In this document: in pieces, positions 10,476-19,442 of the stretch
Position numbering within the stretch: position 1 is the stretch's first letter
How the letters are laid out: each line of letters starts with the position of its first letter
Assembly: GCA_963664305.2 (NCBI GenBank)
Contig: CAXXLV010000002.1
Location: 1,376,001-1,440,000 of the forward strand
Reading direction: 5' to 3'
DNA length: 64,000 nucleotides
DNA from: an uncultured Aliarcobacter sp.
GTDB taxonomy: Bacteria > Campylobacterota > Campylobacteria > Campylobacterales > Arcobacteraceae
Notes under the pieces: generated by a model
Database searches by the model: none
Told to the model about the DNA's origin: nothing
The model's input: only the letters and a program-made list of their open reading frames with translations
Made by a program: the position numbers and the translations under genes

Positions 10476-10754
10476 TTATAATTCCTCTAATTTATTTTCC
10501 ATACCTTGTGGAACATTAACTATTCCTAAATCTGGATGTATTGCAGCTTTTAATTCTTTTTCAACTATATATTTTAAAGTACTTCCACTTGCACTACATC
10601 CAACACATGCACCTTGTAATTGAACATAAACTTTAGCATTTTTTATATCTAAAAGTTTAATTGCTCCTCCATCTCTTGCTAACATTGGAGCTATTTTATT
10701 TTCAATAATTGAACTTACTGGTGCTTGTAAATCTTCATCAGAAAATGGCATCAT
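10476..10754 (-). CDS. NifU/Nfu C-terminal domain Fe-S carrier protein
   Basis: IAPMLARDGG...LQGACVGCSAS..TLK (CxxC Nfu motif). Confidence 0.92.
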   Translation of the reverse strand: MMPFSDEDLQAPVSSIIENKIAPMLARDGGAIKLLDIKNAKVYVQLQGACVGCSASGSTLKYIVEKELKAAIHPDLGIVNVPQGMENKLEEL

Positions 10755-10871
10755 TTATTTTTTTACCTCTTTTGCTTTTTTCTTTACAAAATATATTCCA
10801 ACAGCAGTTATTACTAAAATTACTGCTATTGTTTGAAATATAAAAGAAAGTGTTACTTCTTCTTGAAACAT
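10755..10871 (-). CDS. Unannotated 38-aa single-pass membrane protein
   Basis: MFQEEVTLSFIFQTIAVILVITAVGIYFVKKKAKEVKK. SD AGGA overlaps the ileS stop, and its TAA abuts the next ATG, filling the intergenic gap exactly. Confidence 0.75.
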   Translation of the reverse strand: MFQEEVTLSFIFQTIAVILVITAVGIYFVKKKAKEVKK

Positions 10872-10878
10872 TATTTTC

Positions 10879-13608
10879 CTATTTTAAAACGTCTTCACAT
10901 CTATTACAAAGAGTTTCTTCAGCTGTTGCTGTAAACTTCCAACATCTTGGACATTTGTGAGCTACTGCTTTATAAACTTCGAAATCTTTTCCATCAATTT
11001 GGAAACTTCCAAGTATATCAGAGTTTTGTTTATTATTTGTTACAGAACTTACTAAGAACCAATCACTAGCTTCAACTTCATCTAAAGCTAAAATATCTTC
11101 ACAATTTGTATAAATCATTAATTCTAAAGTTGATTTGATTACTTTTTCTTTACTTAATGCATCTTTGATTTCAGAGAATTTCTCTTTTGCACTTACTAAA
11201 ACAGCTTCATTAACAGATACTTCAACTAGTGGTAATTCAACTTTTTTATAATCATAAATATCTTCACATCCATCTTTTATAAATGCAGGTGCAAACTCTA
11301 ATAACTCATCCATTGTATATGTTAAAATACAAGCTAATGTAGAAATTAATTTTTTAGCAATTAATGCCATTGCACTTTGAGATGCTAATCTATGAATATC
11401 ACTTTTACTATCACAATATAATCTATCTTTACAAACATCAAGATAAATTCCAGATAAATCAACAACTAAGAAGTTATTTAATTTATTTAAACCTTTTGAA
11501 AATTCATAAGCATTAAATGCTGCTTCAATTTCATCAAATACTTTTTTAGCTTTATTTAAAATCCATTTGTCTAATGGACCCATTTTATCAACACTGATAA
11601 TCTCTTCTAAATCATTAATATTCGCAAGTAAAAATCTTGCAGTATTTCTGATTTTTCTATATAACTCACCATTTTGTTTTAAGATATTATCAGAGATTTT
11701 TAAATCAGATTGGTAATCACTCATTGCAACCCAAAGTCTTAAAATTTCACTTCCGTACTCTTTAATTACTTTATCAGGAGCAACAACATTTCCTTTTGAT
11801 TTAGACATTTTTTCACCTTTTTCATCAACAGTGAATCCATGCGTTAAAATCGATTTATAAGGAGCAATCTCACTTGAAGCTAAAGTTGTTAAAAGTGAAG
11901 ATTGGAACCAACCTCTATGTTGGTCACTTCCTTCTAAATACATATCAGCTGGGAATGTTCCAGCATCATAGTTTCTACTTCTTAAAACAGCATTTTGTGT
12001 TGAACCACTATCAAACCAAACATCTAGAATATCTAAAGTTTTTTCTAAATCATCTGGATTTAATCCACTTCCTGGATATAATAAATCAGAAATCTCTAAA
12101 TCATACCAAGCATCACAACCTTTTTGTTCAAAAATCATAGCTGTATAATTTAAAACTTTTTCATCAAAAATGATTTCATCAGTTTTTTTATTTCTAAAAA
12201 ATGCGATTGGTACTCCCCAATCTCTTTGTCTTGAAATACACCAGTCAGGTCTTCCTTCTAACATTGCTTTTAATCTATTTCTTCCCCACTCTGGATAAAA
12301 TTTAAGATTTTCAACAACTTCTAAAGCATTTTCTCTTAATGTATTATTTTTATTACCATATTTATCATCTATTGAAATAAACCATTGTTTTGTTGCTCTA
12401 AAAATAATTGGTGTATGAGTTCTCCAACAATGTGGATAAGAGTGTCTTATATCTACTCTTTTTAATAAAGCACTTCCTAATTCTTCTAAAATTAAATCAT
12501 TTGCTTTAAATACATTTAATCCTAAATATTTATCAGTATCTTTAAATAGTTTTTCTCTTACAATTGTTTCATCATATTTACCATATGCATCAACTGGCAT
12601 AATAACATCTAAGTTATATCTTAAACCAACTTTATAGTCATCTTCTCCATGTCCTGGTGCTGTATGTACTGCTCCAGTTCCTGAATCCATCATAACATGG
12701 TCACCTAAAACAATTTTAGAAGTTCTTCCATTTAATGGATTAATTGCAAATGTATTTTCTAAATCTTTTGGATTTACAGTTTCAACAATTTCTCCAGAAA
12801 TTACACCACTTTCTATTAAAGAATTATGTAATTTACGAGCCACAATAAATTTATCTGAAGTTTTTACATACTCTTCTTCACCATTTAAAGAGATTCCAGT
12901 ATTTGCAGGAAGTGTCCAAGGAGTTGTTGTCCAGATAATTATACTTGCATCGATATTTTCATGTTTAAACGCAACAAATATTGATGGAGATGTTTTATCT
13001 TCATATTCAACTTCAGCTTCAGCTAATGCAGTTTGTGCTGCCCATGACCAATAAACTGGTTTACTTCTTTGAATTAATAAACCTTGTTTTGCAATAGCAC
13101 ATAATTCTCTATAAATATTAGCTTCAAATTTAAAATCCATTGTTAAATAAGGATTTTCCCAATCTGCAATTACACCTAATTTTTTAAATTCATCTTTTTG
13201 AATTTCAACAAATTTAGTTGCATGATCTCTACATAATTGTCTTAATTTTGATTTTGGTAACTCTTTTTTCTTTTCACTACCAATTTTTTCTTCAACTTTT
13301 TGTTCAATTGGTAAACCATGGCAATCCCAACCTGGAACATATCTAATTGATTTTCCTTCAAAATAATGAAATTTGTTAATAATATCTTTTAGAATTTTAT
13401 TTAAAGCATGACCAATATGAATATTCCCATTTGCATAAGGAGGTCCATCGTGAAGTGTAAATGATGGGCACCCCACTCTATTTTTTTTCATTTTCTCGTA
13501 AACTTTTTTGTCATCCCATTGCTTATATTTTACAGGCTCATTCTGAGGAAGATTCCCTCTCATTGGGAAATCTGTTTTTGGAAGCAATAAACTCTCTTTA
13601 TAATCCAT
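10879..13608 (-). CDS. ileS: Isoleucyl-tRNA synthetase
   Basis: LHDGPPYANGNIHIGH, GWDCHGLPIE, WTTTPWTLP, WCISRQR, KMSKS, C-terminal CPRCW zinc site. Start moved to MDYKES with SD GAAGGTG. Confidence 0.98.
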   Translation of the reverse strand: MDYKESLLLPKTDFPMRGNLPQNEPVKYKQWDDKKVYEKMKKNRVGCPSFTLHDGPPYANGNIHIGHALNKILKDIINKFHYFEGKSIRYVPGWDCHGLPIEQKVEEKIGSEKKKELPKSKLRQLCRDHATKFVEIQKDEFKKLGVIADWENPYLTMDFKFEANIYRELCAIAKQGLLIQRSKPVYWSWAAQTALAEAEVEYEDKTSPSIFVAFKHENIDASIIIWTTTPWTLPANTGISLNGEEEYVKTSDKFIVARKLHNSLIESGVISGEIVETVNPKDLENTFAINPLNGRTSKIVLGDHVMMDSGTGAVHTAPGHGEDDYKVGLRYNLDVIMPVDAYGKYDETIVREKLFKDTDKYLGLNVFKANDLILEELGSALLKRVDIRHSYPHCWRTHTPIIFRATKQWFISIDDKYGNKNNTLRENALEVVENLKFYPEWGRNRLKAMLEGRPDWCISRQRDWGVPIAFFRNKKTDEIIFDEKVLNYTAMIFEQKGCDAWYDLEISDLLYPGSGLNPDDLEKTLDILDVWFDSGSTQNAVLRSRNYDAGTFPADMYLEGSDQHRGWFQSSLLTTLASSEIAPYKSILTHGFTVDEKGEKMSKSKGNVVAPDKVIKEYGSEILRLWVAMSDYQSDLKISDNILKQNGELYRKIRNTARFLLANINDLEEIISVDKMGPLDKWILNKAKKVFDEIEAAFNAYEFSKGLNKLNNFLVVDLSGIYLDVCKDRLYCDSKSDIHRLASQSAMALIAKKLISTLACILTYTMDELLEFAPAFIKDGCEDIYDYKKVELPLVEVSVNEAVLVSAKEKFSEIKDALSKEKVIKSTLELMIYTNCEDILALDEVEASDWFLVSSVTNNKQNSDILGSFQIDGKDFEVYKAVAHKCPRCWKFTATAEETLCNRCEDVLK

Positions 13609-13829
13609 TATAACACCTTCATTTTTCAAATATTTATTTGTTGTTTCATTAAATCGTAGATTATATCTAATTATATTTAAAACTAAAGTTAGCACTAAAT
13701 AAATAATAGGTTGTTACTAAAATCTATAATTTATTTAATATTGTGTAATTTTGTGTAGCATTTATGTTAAATATAAAATTTATATGATAAAATCCTCAGA
13801 TATTTCACAAAAAAGCATAGGAAAGATAA

Positions 13830-15188
13830 ATGAATGAAAAACACTATGAAGTAGTAATTGTTGGTGGAGGAATCTCTGGGGCAGCTCTATTTTTCGAGTT
13901 AGCAAAATATTCTGATGTAAACAGCATGTGTTTATTAGAAAAATATGAGGACTTAGCTACATTAAACTCAAAAGGTACAAGTAACTCTCAAACTATTCAC
14001 GTGGGAGACATTGAAACAAATTATACATTTGAAAAAGCTAAAATCACAAAAAGAACAGCTAAGATGATTGAAAAATTCAACTTAATGTATAATCTTCAAG
14101 ATAAAATTATGTTCAAACACCAAAAAATGGCTCTAGGAGTTGGTGAAAAAGAAGTTCAATTTATAACTGACAGATATAATAAATTTAAAGAAATTTTCCC
14201 TTACTTAGAATTATGGGATAAAGAAACTTTAAAAGAAAAAGAACCTTTATTAGTATGGGCTGATAAAGAAAGAACAAAAGAAAGACCAGAACCGATTGTT
14301 GCAATGGGTACAGATGACCAATATACAACTGTTGATTTTGGAGCTATGACTAAAGAATTAGTTAAAGCTGGTCAAAATGCTGATTCTTCAAAAACAACTG
14401 ATGTATTCTTTAATTCTGAAGTTGAAGAAATTGAAAAAGTTGGAAATAAATTCAAATTAACAACTACAAATGGTACAGTTTATACTGCTGATTTCGTTGT
14501 TGTTGATGCTGGAGCTCACTCATTATTCTTAGCTCATAAAATGGGTTATGGAAAACACATGGGTTCTTTATCAATGGCAGGATCATTTTATATTACAAAT
14601 GGAACTTACTTAAATGGTAAAGTTTACATGGTACAAAATGACAAATTACCATTTGCAGCTCTTCATGGAGATCCAGATATCTTATGTGAAGGTAAAACAA
14701 GATTTGGACCAACTGCATTAGCATTATTAGTTCTTGAAAGATATAAAGGTGGAAAATCATTCTTCCAATGTTTAAAAACAATGAACTTTGATGGAAGCAT
14801 TTTAAAAATCTTCTGGGATTTATTAAAAGATTCAGATATCAGAAACTATATCTTCAAAAACTTCTTATTTGAAGTTCCAGGAATCAACAAAGGTTTATTC
14901 GTTAAAGATGCAAGAAAAATCGTTCCTTCTTTAAGTGTAGATGATATTGAATATGCAAAAGGATTTGGTGGTGTTAGACCTCAAGTTCTAAACAAAACAG
15001 AGAAAAAATTAATGCTTGGTGAAGCTTCAATCACAGAATTAGAAGGAATCATCTTTAATATGACTCCATCTCCAGGTGCAACTTCTTGTTTAGGAAATGC
15101 AGAAAGAGATATTAAAAAAGTATGTCAATCTTTAGGTAAAACTTTCTATGAAGATAAATTCTTAGCAGATTTTACTGATGCTGAATAA
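13830..15188 (+). CDS. mqo: Malate:quinone oxidoreductase (epsilonproteobacterial type)
   Basis: FAD motif VIVGGGISG, NSQTIHVGDIETNY, KLPFAALHGDPD, NMTPSPGATSCL. Confidence 0.85.
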   Translation: MNEKHYEVVIVGGGISGAALFFELAKYSDVNSMCLLEKYEDLATLNSKGTSNSQTIHVGDIETNYTFEKAKITKRTAKMIEKFNLMYNLQDKIMFKHQKMALGVGEKEVQFITDRYNKFKEIFPYLELWDKETLKEKEPLLVWADKERTKERPEPIVAMGTDDQYTTVDFGAMTKELVKAGQNADSSKTTDVFFNSEVEEIEKVGNKFKLTTTNGTVYTADFVVVDAGAHSLFLAHKMGYGKHMGSLSMAGSFYITNGTYLNGKVYMVQNDKLPFAALHGDPDILCEGKTRFGPTALALLVLERYKGGKSFFQCLKTMNFDGSILKIFWDLLKDSDIRNYIFKNFLFEVPGINKGLFVKDARKIVPSLSVDDIEYAKGFGGVRPQVLNKTEKKLMLGEASITELEGIIFNMTPSPGATSCLGNAERDIKKVCQSLGKTFYEDKFLADFTDAE

Positions 15189-15205
15189 CTAACATATTAA
15201 CTTTC

Positions 15206-15244
15206 ATATAAAGAGAGTATAAAAACTCTCTTTATATCTTTTTT
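15206..15244 (+). terminator. Intrinsic terminator after mqo
   Basis: ATATAAAGAGAGT-ataaaa-ACTCTCTTTATAT followed by a T-run. Confidence 0.75.
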
Positions 15245-15326
15245 AACTCAAATATTTACTCTTTTAATTCAATTATCATTAAAATTCATATATCATCAAT
15301 TATTTAACTATTAAAGGCTATAAATT

Positions 15327-15833
15327 ATGTATGAAGATATATTTAGTGAAAATGATATGATAAAGCTTCAAGAGCTTTTACGAACACATAATAAAACAAT
15401 AACAACAGCTGAATCTTGTACAGGAGGTTTAGTTGCAAGTTTAATTACAAAAATTTCTGGTTCATCAGATATATTCAATGGAAGTGTAGTTACATATTCA
15501 AATAAAATAAAAAATCAAGAATTAAAAGTAGAAAATGGAACTTTAGAAACATTTGGTGCAGTAAGTATTGAAGTAGTAAAAGAAATGCTTGATGGAGTAA
15601 TTAAAAAATTTGATGCAGATTTTGCTATTGCTATCTCAGGAATTGCAGGTCCTACAGGTGAAACAAAAAATAAACCAGTAGGTACAGTTGTTATTGGTAT
15701 AAGTGACTCAAATAACCATAAAATCGTAACTTCATACCATTTTAAAGGTTCAAGAGAAGAGGTACAAATTCAAGCTGCAAAAACATCTTTGAAAGAAATT
15801 TCAAAATTTATTCAAAAAACTCTTGACAAATAA
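15327..15833 (+). CDS. CinA C-terminal domain protein / NMN deamidase (PncC family)
   Basis: TAESCTGG, ISGSS, GAVS, ISGIAGP..G...KPVGTV. Confidence 0.9.
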   Translation: MYEDIFSENDMIKLQELLRTHNKTITTAESCTGGLVASLITKISGSSDIFNGSVVTYSNKIKNQELKVENGTLETFGAVSIEVVKEMLDGVIKKFDADFAIAISGIAGPTGETKNKPVGTVVIGISDSNNHKIVTSYHFKGSREEVQIQAAKTSLKEISKFIQKTLDK

Positions 15834-15851
15834 AATGTTTTGCACTATAAT
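15823..15851 (+). promoter_or_regulatory. Consensus sigma70 promoter of the tRNA operon
   Basis: TTGACA (15823) - 17 nt - TATAAT (15846), 45 nt upstream of the first tRNA. Confidence 0.9.
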
Positions 15852-15896
15852 TCCAGTCCAATTTAAGTAGAACAACTTAAAGAAGGACAAATATGT

Positions 15897-15972
15897 GACC
15901 CGTTAGCTCAGCCGGTAGAGCATCTCACTTTTAATGAGGGGGCCGATGGTTCGAATCCATCACGGGTCACCA
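15897..15972 (+). tRNA. tRNA-Lys(UUU)
   Basis: Acceptor GACCCGT/ACGGGTC-A-CCA; anticodon loop CTTTTAA; TTCGAAT. Confidence 0.97.
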
Positions 15973-15995
15973 CTTTTATATTGTTGCATAATCTT

Positions 15996-16070
15996 GGCCC
16001 CTTCATCTAACGGTTAGGATTCATGGTTTTCATCCATGCCACAGGGGTTCGAATCCCCTAGGGGTCACCA
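15996..16070 (+). tRNA. tRNA-Glu(UUC)
   Basis: Acceptor GGCCCCT/AGGGGTC-A-CCA; anticodon arm CATGG-TTTTCAT-CCATG. Confidence 0.97.
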
Positions 16071-16089
16071 AGTCAAATATGCAACAAAC

Positions 16090-16165
16090 GGTCGATTAGC
16101 TCAGTTGGTAGAGCGCTACCCTTACAAGGTAGATGTCATAAGTTCGAGTCTTATATCGACCACCA
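16090..16165 (+). tRNA. tRNA-Val(UAC)
   Basis: Acceptor GGTCGAT/ATCGACC-A-CCA; anticodon arm CTACC-CTTACAA-GGTAG. Confidence 0.97.
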
Positions 16166-16229
16166 CTTAAAAATCTAAAAATACAGTTAGTATAAGATTT
16201 TTATTTTATTGTGACTTTGTTTATAAAGT

Positions 16230-16306
16230 GCGGCTGTAGTTTAGTTGGTTAGAATGCCTGCCTGTCACGCAGGAGGTCGCGAGTTCGAGTCTCGTCAGCC
16301 GCGCCA
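16230..16306 (+). tRNA. tRNA-Asp(GUC)
   Basis: Acceptor GCGGCTG/CAGCCGC-G-CCA; anticodon arm CCTGC-CTGTCAC-GCAGG. Confidence 0.97.
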
Positions 16307-16328
16307 CTTTTATTTATTGTTTTTATGT

Positions 16329-16404
16329 GACCCGTTAGCTCAGCCGGTAGAGCATCTCACTTTTAATGAGGGGGCCGATGGTTCGAATCCATCACGGGTC
16401 ACCA
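16329..16404 (+). tRNA. tRNA-Lys(UUU), copy 2
   Basis: Identical to 15897..15972. Confidence 0.97.
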
Positions 16405-16427
16405 CTTTTATATTGTTGCATAATCTT

Positions 16428-16502
16428 GGCCCCTTCATCTAACGGTTAGGATTCATGGTTTTCATCCATGCCACAGGGGTTCGAATCCCCTAGGGGTCAC
16501 CA
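16428..16502 (+). tRNA. tRNA-Glu(UUC), copy 2
   Basis: Identical to 15996..16070. Confidence 0.97.
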
Positions 16503-16521
16503 AGTCAAATATGCAACAAAC

Positions 16522-16597
16522 GGTCGATTAGCTCAGTTGGTAGAGCGCTACCCTTACAAGGTAGATGTCATAAGTTCGAGTCTTATATCGACCACCA
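16522..16597 (+). tRNA. tRNA-Val(UAC), copy 2
   Basis: Identical to 16090..16165. Confidence 0.97.
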
Positions 16598-16618
16598 CTT
16601 CTCAATATATTTCCAAGT

Positions 16619-16695
16619 GCGGCTGTAGTTTAGTTGGTTAGAATGCCTGCCTGTCACGCAGGAGGTCGCGAGTTCGAGTCTCGTCAGCCGCGCCA
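16619..16695 (+). tRNA. tRNA-Asp(GUC), copy 2
   Basis: Identical to 16230..16306. Confidence 0.97.
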
Positions 16696-16774
16696 CTTGA
16701 AATATACTTAAAAAAGATTCTTATTATAAAAAACTAGATACCATATCAACCATTTAATTGTCTAAAGGTAATTT

Positions 16775-18358
16775 ATGTTAAAAGCAAAAAGTTTATATCA
16801 TTTAATCGTATATAGTATTTTATTTATTATTATCCTAATTTCATTTTTTACTTTCATTATTATAAATAATGCTCATGAAGAACTTCAAGAAAAAATACAT
16901 ACACTAAAAAATGATTATACAAATAGTCAAAAAACTCTAATTAAAAATCAAGTTAACTATGTCATAAATTTTATTGATTACTATTACAATCAAAACAAAG
17001 ATAAAAAACCATTAGAAACTATTCAAAAAGAAGTTATTGAAGCTATTGAAAAACTAAGAATTGGAGATAATCCAAATGAATATATTTTCATATACAATTT
17101 TAATGGTGTTGTAATTCAAAATTCTGTTTCAAAAGAGAGTATTGGAAAAAACTTTATAAATGTTGTTGATTCAAATGGAAAAGAAGTTATAAAAGAATTA
17201 ATAACAACATCAAAAAAAGAATTTGGTGGTTATGTTGATTATGTTTGGTTTAAACCAGAGATAAATAAAGAGACAAATAAAGTATCATATGCAAAATCTT
17301 ACAACAAATGGAATTGGACTATAGGAAAAGGTGTTTATCTTGATGAAATTGATAAATTAGTACATTTAAAAGAAGAAGAATATAATCAAAAAATATCTAA
17401 TTACACTTTACAAATCTCTTCTTTAACTATAATGTTAATCCTCTACTCTATTTTTATATATAAAAATGCAACTATTCTAATCGTTAATGATGTTAAAGAG
17501 ATTGGAAAATACTTTAAAGAATCACAAAAAAATGATGAACCAATAAATCAAAATAGAATTATTTTTGGTGAATTTAAAGTTATTGCAAATTATGCAACAG
17601 ATGCTATGAATAATATAAAGTTAAAAACACACATGTTAGAAGATTTAAATAAAAATCTTGAATATAAAGTAAGTGAAAAAACAAGTGAGTTAACAAATTT
17701 AATTGAATCACAAAAGAAATTTATTAAAAATTCAGTTCATGAAATAAATACACCATTGTCAATCATTAGAACAAATATTGACTTACTTAAAATGAAAATC
17801 CCTAATAATAAATATATAACTAATATAGAATCTGGTTCAAAAATTATTCAATATATCTATGATGATTTATCATACTTAGTAAAAAAAGATAGAGTTGTTT
17901 ATGAAAAAGAGTATTTAGATTTTACTAATATTTTAAAAAATAGATTAGATTTTTTTGATGAAATTGCTAAATCAAACTCTTTATATTTTATAAACAGTAT
18001 TGAAGATGATTTATATATAAAATTTAATGTTACGGAGCTTCAAAGAATTATTGATAATAATCTTTCAAATGCAATAAAATATTCATTTGCAAAATCTCCA
18101 ATATTTGTAAAACTATATTATTTAAATGATGATGAAATAGAGTTTTCTGTTACAACAAATTCAAAACAAATTGAACAAACAGAAAAAATTTTTGATGATT
18201 TCTATAGAGAAAATTCTGCTCGTGGAGGATTTGGATTAGGTTTAAAAATAGTAAAAGATATATGTGATAAAAATTTAGTTATAATCAATCTTAATTCAAA
18301 TGAAAAAGAGACAAAATTTACGTACAGGTTTAAAATAAATGAAGATACTACTACTTGA
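16775..18358 (+). CDS. Cache-domain (sCache_2-like) sensor histidine kinase
   Basis: TM - YIFIY...DSNGK...GGYVDYVWFKP...KVSYAKSY..WNWTIGKGVYLDEI - TM; H-box VHEINTPL; NNLSNAIKY; GGFGLGL. Confidence 0.92.
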   Translation: MLKAKSLYHLIVYSILFIIILISFFTFIIINNAHEELQEKIHTLKNDYTNSQKTLIKNQVNYVINFIDYYYNQNKDKKPLETIQKEVIEAIEKLRIGDNPNEYIFIYNFNGVVIQNSVSKESIGKNFINVVDSNGKEVIKELITTSKKEFGGYVDYVWFKPEINKETNKVSYAKSYNKWNWTIGKGVYLDEIDKLVHLKEEEYNQKISNYTLQISSLTIMLILYSIFIYKNATILIVNDVKEIGKYFKESQKNDEPINQNRIIFGEFKVIANYATDAMNNIKLKTHMLEDLNKNLEYKVSEKTSELTNLIESQKKFIKNSVHEINTPLSIIRTNIDLLKMKIPNNKYITNIESGSKIIQYIYDDLSYLVKKDRVVYEKEYLDFTNILKNRLDFFDEIAKSNSLYFINSIEDDLYIKFNVTELQRIIDNNLSNAIKYSFAKSPIFVKLYYLNDDEIEFSVTTNSKQIEQTEKIFDDFYRENSARGGFGLGLKIVKDICDKNLVIINLNSNEKETKFTYRFKINEDTTT

Positions 18359-19001
18359 AGATGAGTTAATGCTAAATAATGCGATAAGTGAATATTTAAG
18401 AAATATAGGTCATATGGTTGAAAGTTTCTCTGATGGACAAGATGTTCTTGATAATATCAATAGTTCATATGATTTACTTGTATTAGATATTAACGTTCCT
18501 ACAAAAGATGGTTTTGAAATTTTAAGTGAATTAAATAGCAAAAAAATTTACATACCAACAATTTTTATTTCTGCATTAATCGACATTGAAGATATCTCTA
18601 AAGCTTATGATTTAGGTTGTAGAGAATATATAAAAAAACCTTTCCATTTAGGTGAATTAGGTATAAAAATAAATCAAATACTAAAAAAAGAACAAAACAA
18701 TACTTCTCATATAAGATTTTCAGAAAATTACTCTTACTCAAAAGATAAACAAACTTTATATTTTAATGGTGAACCACAAAATTTGACAAAAAAACAGTTA
18801 GAAATAATTCATATTTTAGCACTTAATATAAATATGATAGTTGATTTTGAAAGATTTAGAATCGATATTTGGGATGGAGAAAATATAGATAATCCAACAA
18901 TAAGAGCTGAAATATCAAGATTAAAAAAAGCATTAAAAGAAGATTTCATAAAAAATATCAGAGGACTTGGCTATAAAATAGACAGATATTATTCTGTTTA
19001 A
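18339..19001 (+). CDS. OmpR/PhoB-family response regulator
   Basis: KILLLEDE, phosphoacceptor LVLDINVP, KKPF, winged-helix end IKNIRGLGYKI; overlaps the kinase gene. Confidence 0.95.
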   Translation: MKILLLEDELMLNNAISEYLRNIGHMVESFSDGQDVLDNINSSYDLLVLDINVPTKDGFEILSELNSKKIYIPTIFISALIDIEDISKAYDLGCREYIKKPFHLGELGIKINQILKKEQNNTSHIRFSENYSYSKDKQTLYFNGEPQNLTKKQLEIIHILALNINMIVDFERFRIDIWDGENIDNPTIRAEISRLKKALKEDFIKNIRGLGYKIDRYYSV

Positions 19002-19026
19002 AAAAGCCTAATCCTCGGCTTTTTTT
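19001..19026 (+). terminator. Intrinsic terminator after the response regulator
   Basis: AAAAAGCC-taatcctc-GGCTTTTTTT. Confidence 0.65.
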
Positions 19027-19083
19027 AAATACTTTATTCAATAAATATCTCAAAAATAATTAAATTTCCCAAAAAAAAATTAA

Positions 19084-19117
19084 TTGCTACCTTTTTGCTA
19101 TTCACAATTGTTATAGT
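19084..19117 (+). promoter_or_regulatory. Direct-repeat activator box plus -10 (site 1)
   Basis: TTGCTAC-cttt-TTGCTAT, 10 nt, TATAGT (with upstream TG). Confidence 0.7.
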
Positions 19118-19176
19118 TTCATTGTTAATTATTTGACATTTATTTGTTTAATAAAAATTCAAAAAGGAGAGCTAAG

Positions 19177-19431
19177 ATGAGTCCAGAAAAAGCACAAGCA
19201 TACTGGAAAGAAAATATTTCTATGATTATCAAATTACTTGTAGTTTGGTTTCTAGTTTCTTTTGGTTGTGGAATTTTATTTATTAACGAACTAAACACTA
19301 TTGAGATTAGTGGAGTTAAATTAGGTTACTGGTTTGCACAACAAGGTGCGATTTATATATTTGTTATCTTAATTTTTGTTTACGTTAAAGTAATGACAGG
19401 AATTGATGAAAAATATGGCGTAAATGAATAG
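19177..19431 (+). CDS. DUF4212 small membrane protein (SSS transporter partner)
   Basis: AYWKEN...LGYWFAQQGAIYIFVILIFVY...DEKYGV; ATG at 19177 after SD AAGGAG. Confidence 0.9.
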   Translation: MSPEKAQAYWKENISMIIKLLVVWFLVSFGCGILFINELNTIEISGVKLGYWFAQQGAIYIFVILIFVYVKVMTGIDEKYGVNE

Positions 19432-19442
19432 GGAGTAGAAAG

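Larger units (their letters stand above)
15892..16600 (+). repeat. Direct repeat of the Lys-Glu-Val tRNA block including spacers (15892..16168 = 16324..16600)
   Basis: Identical by eye, offset 432 nt; the Val-Asp spacers differ between copies. Confidence 0.9.

Noticed and set aside
13609..13695. N-terminal extensions given by the ORF track (ileS; also 8005, 19144, 26240, 28327, 33705, 34729, 49691, 49850)
   Set aside because: Downstream ATGs match the family N-termini and, except for comF, have clear SD sequences; the extensions run through promoter or repeat DNA.
16245..16442. 65-aa ORF in the ORF track
   Set aside because: Lies across tRNA-Asp, tRNA-Lys and tRNA-Glu genes; a by-product of GC-rich tRNA sequence.
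15892..16695. Repeated blocks as a CRISPR array or prophage att sites
   Set aside because: The repeats are complete tRNA genes with identical rather than unique spacers; no cas or integrase gene is in the window.
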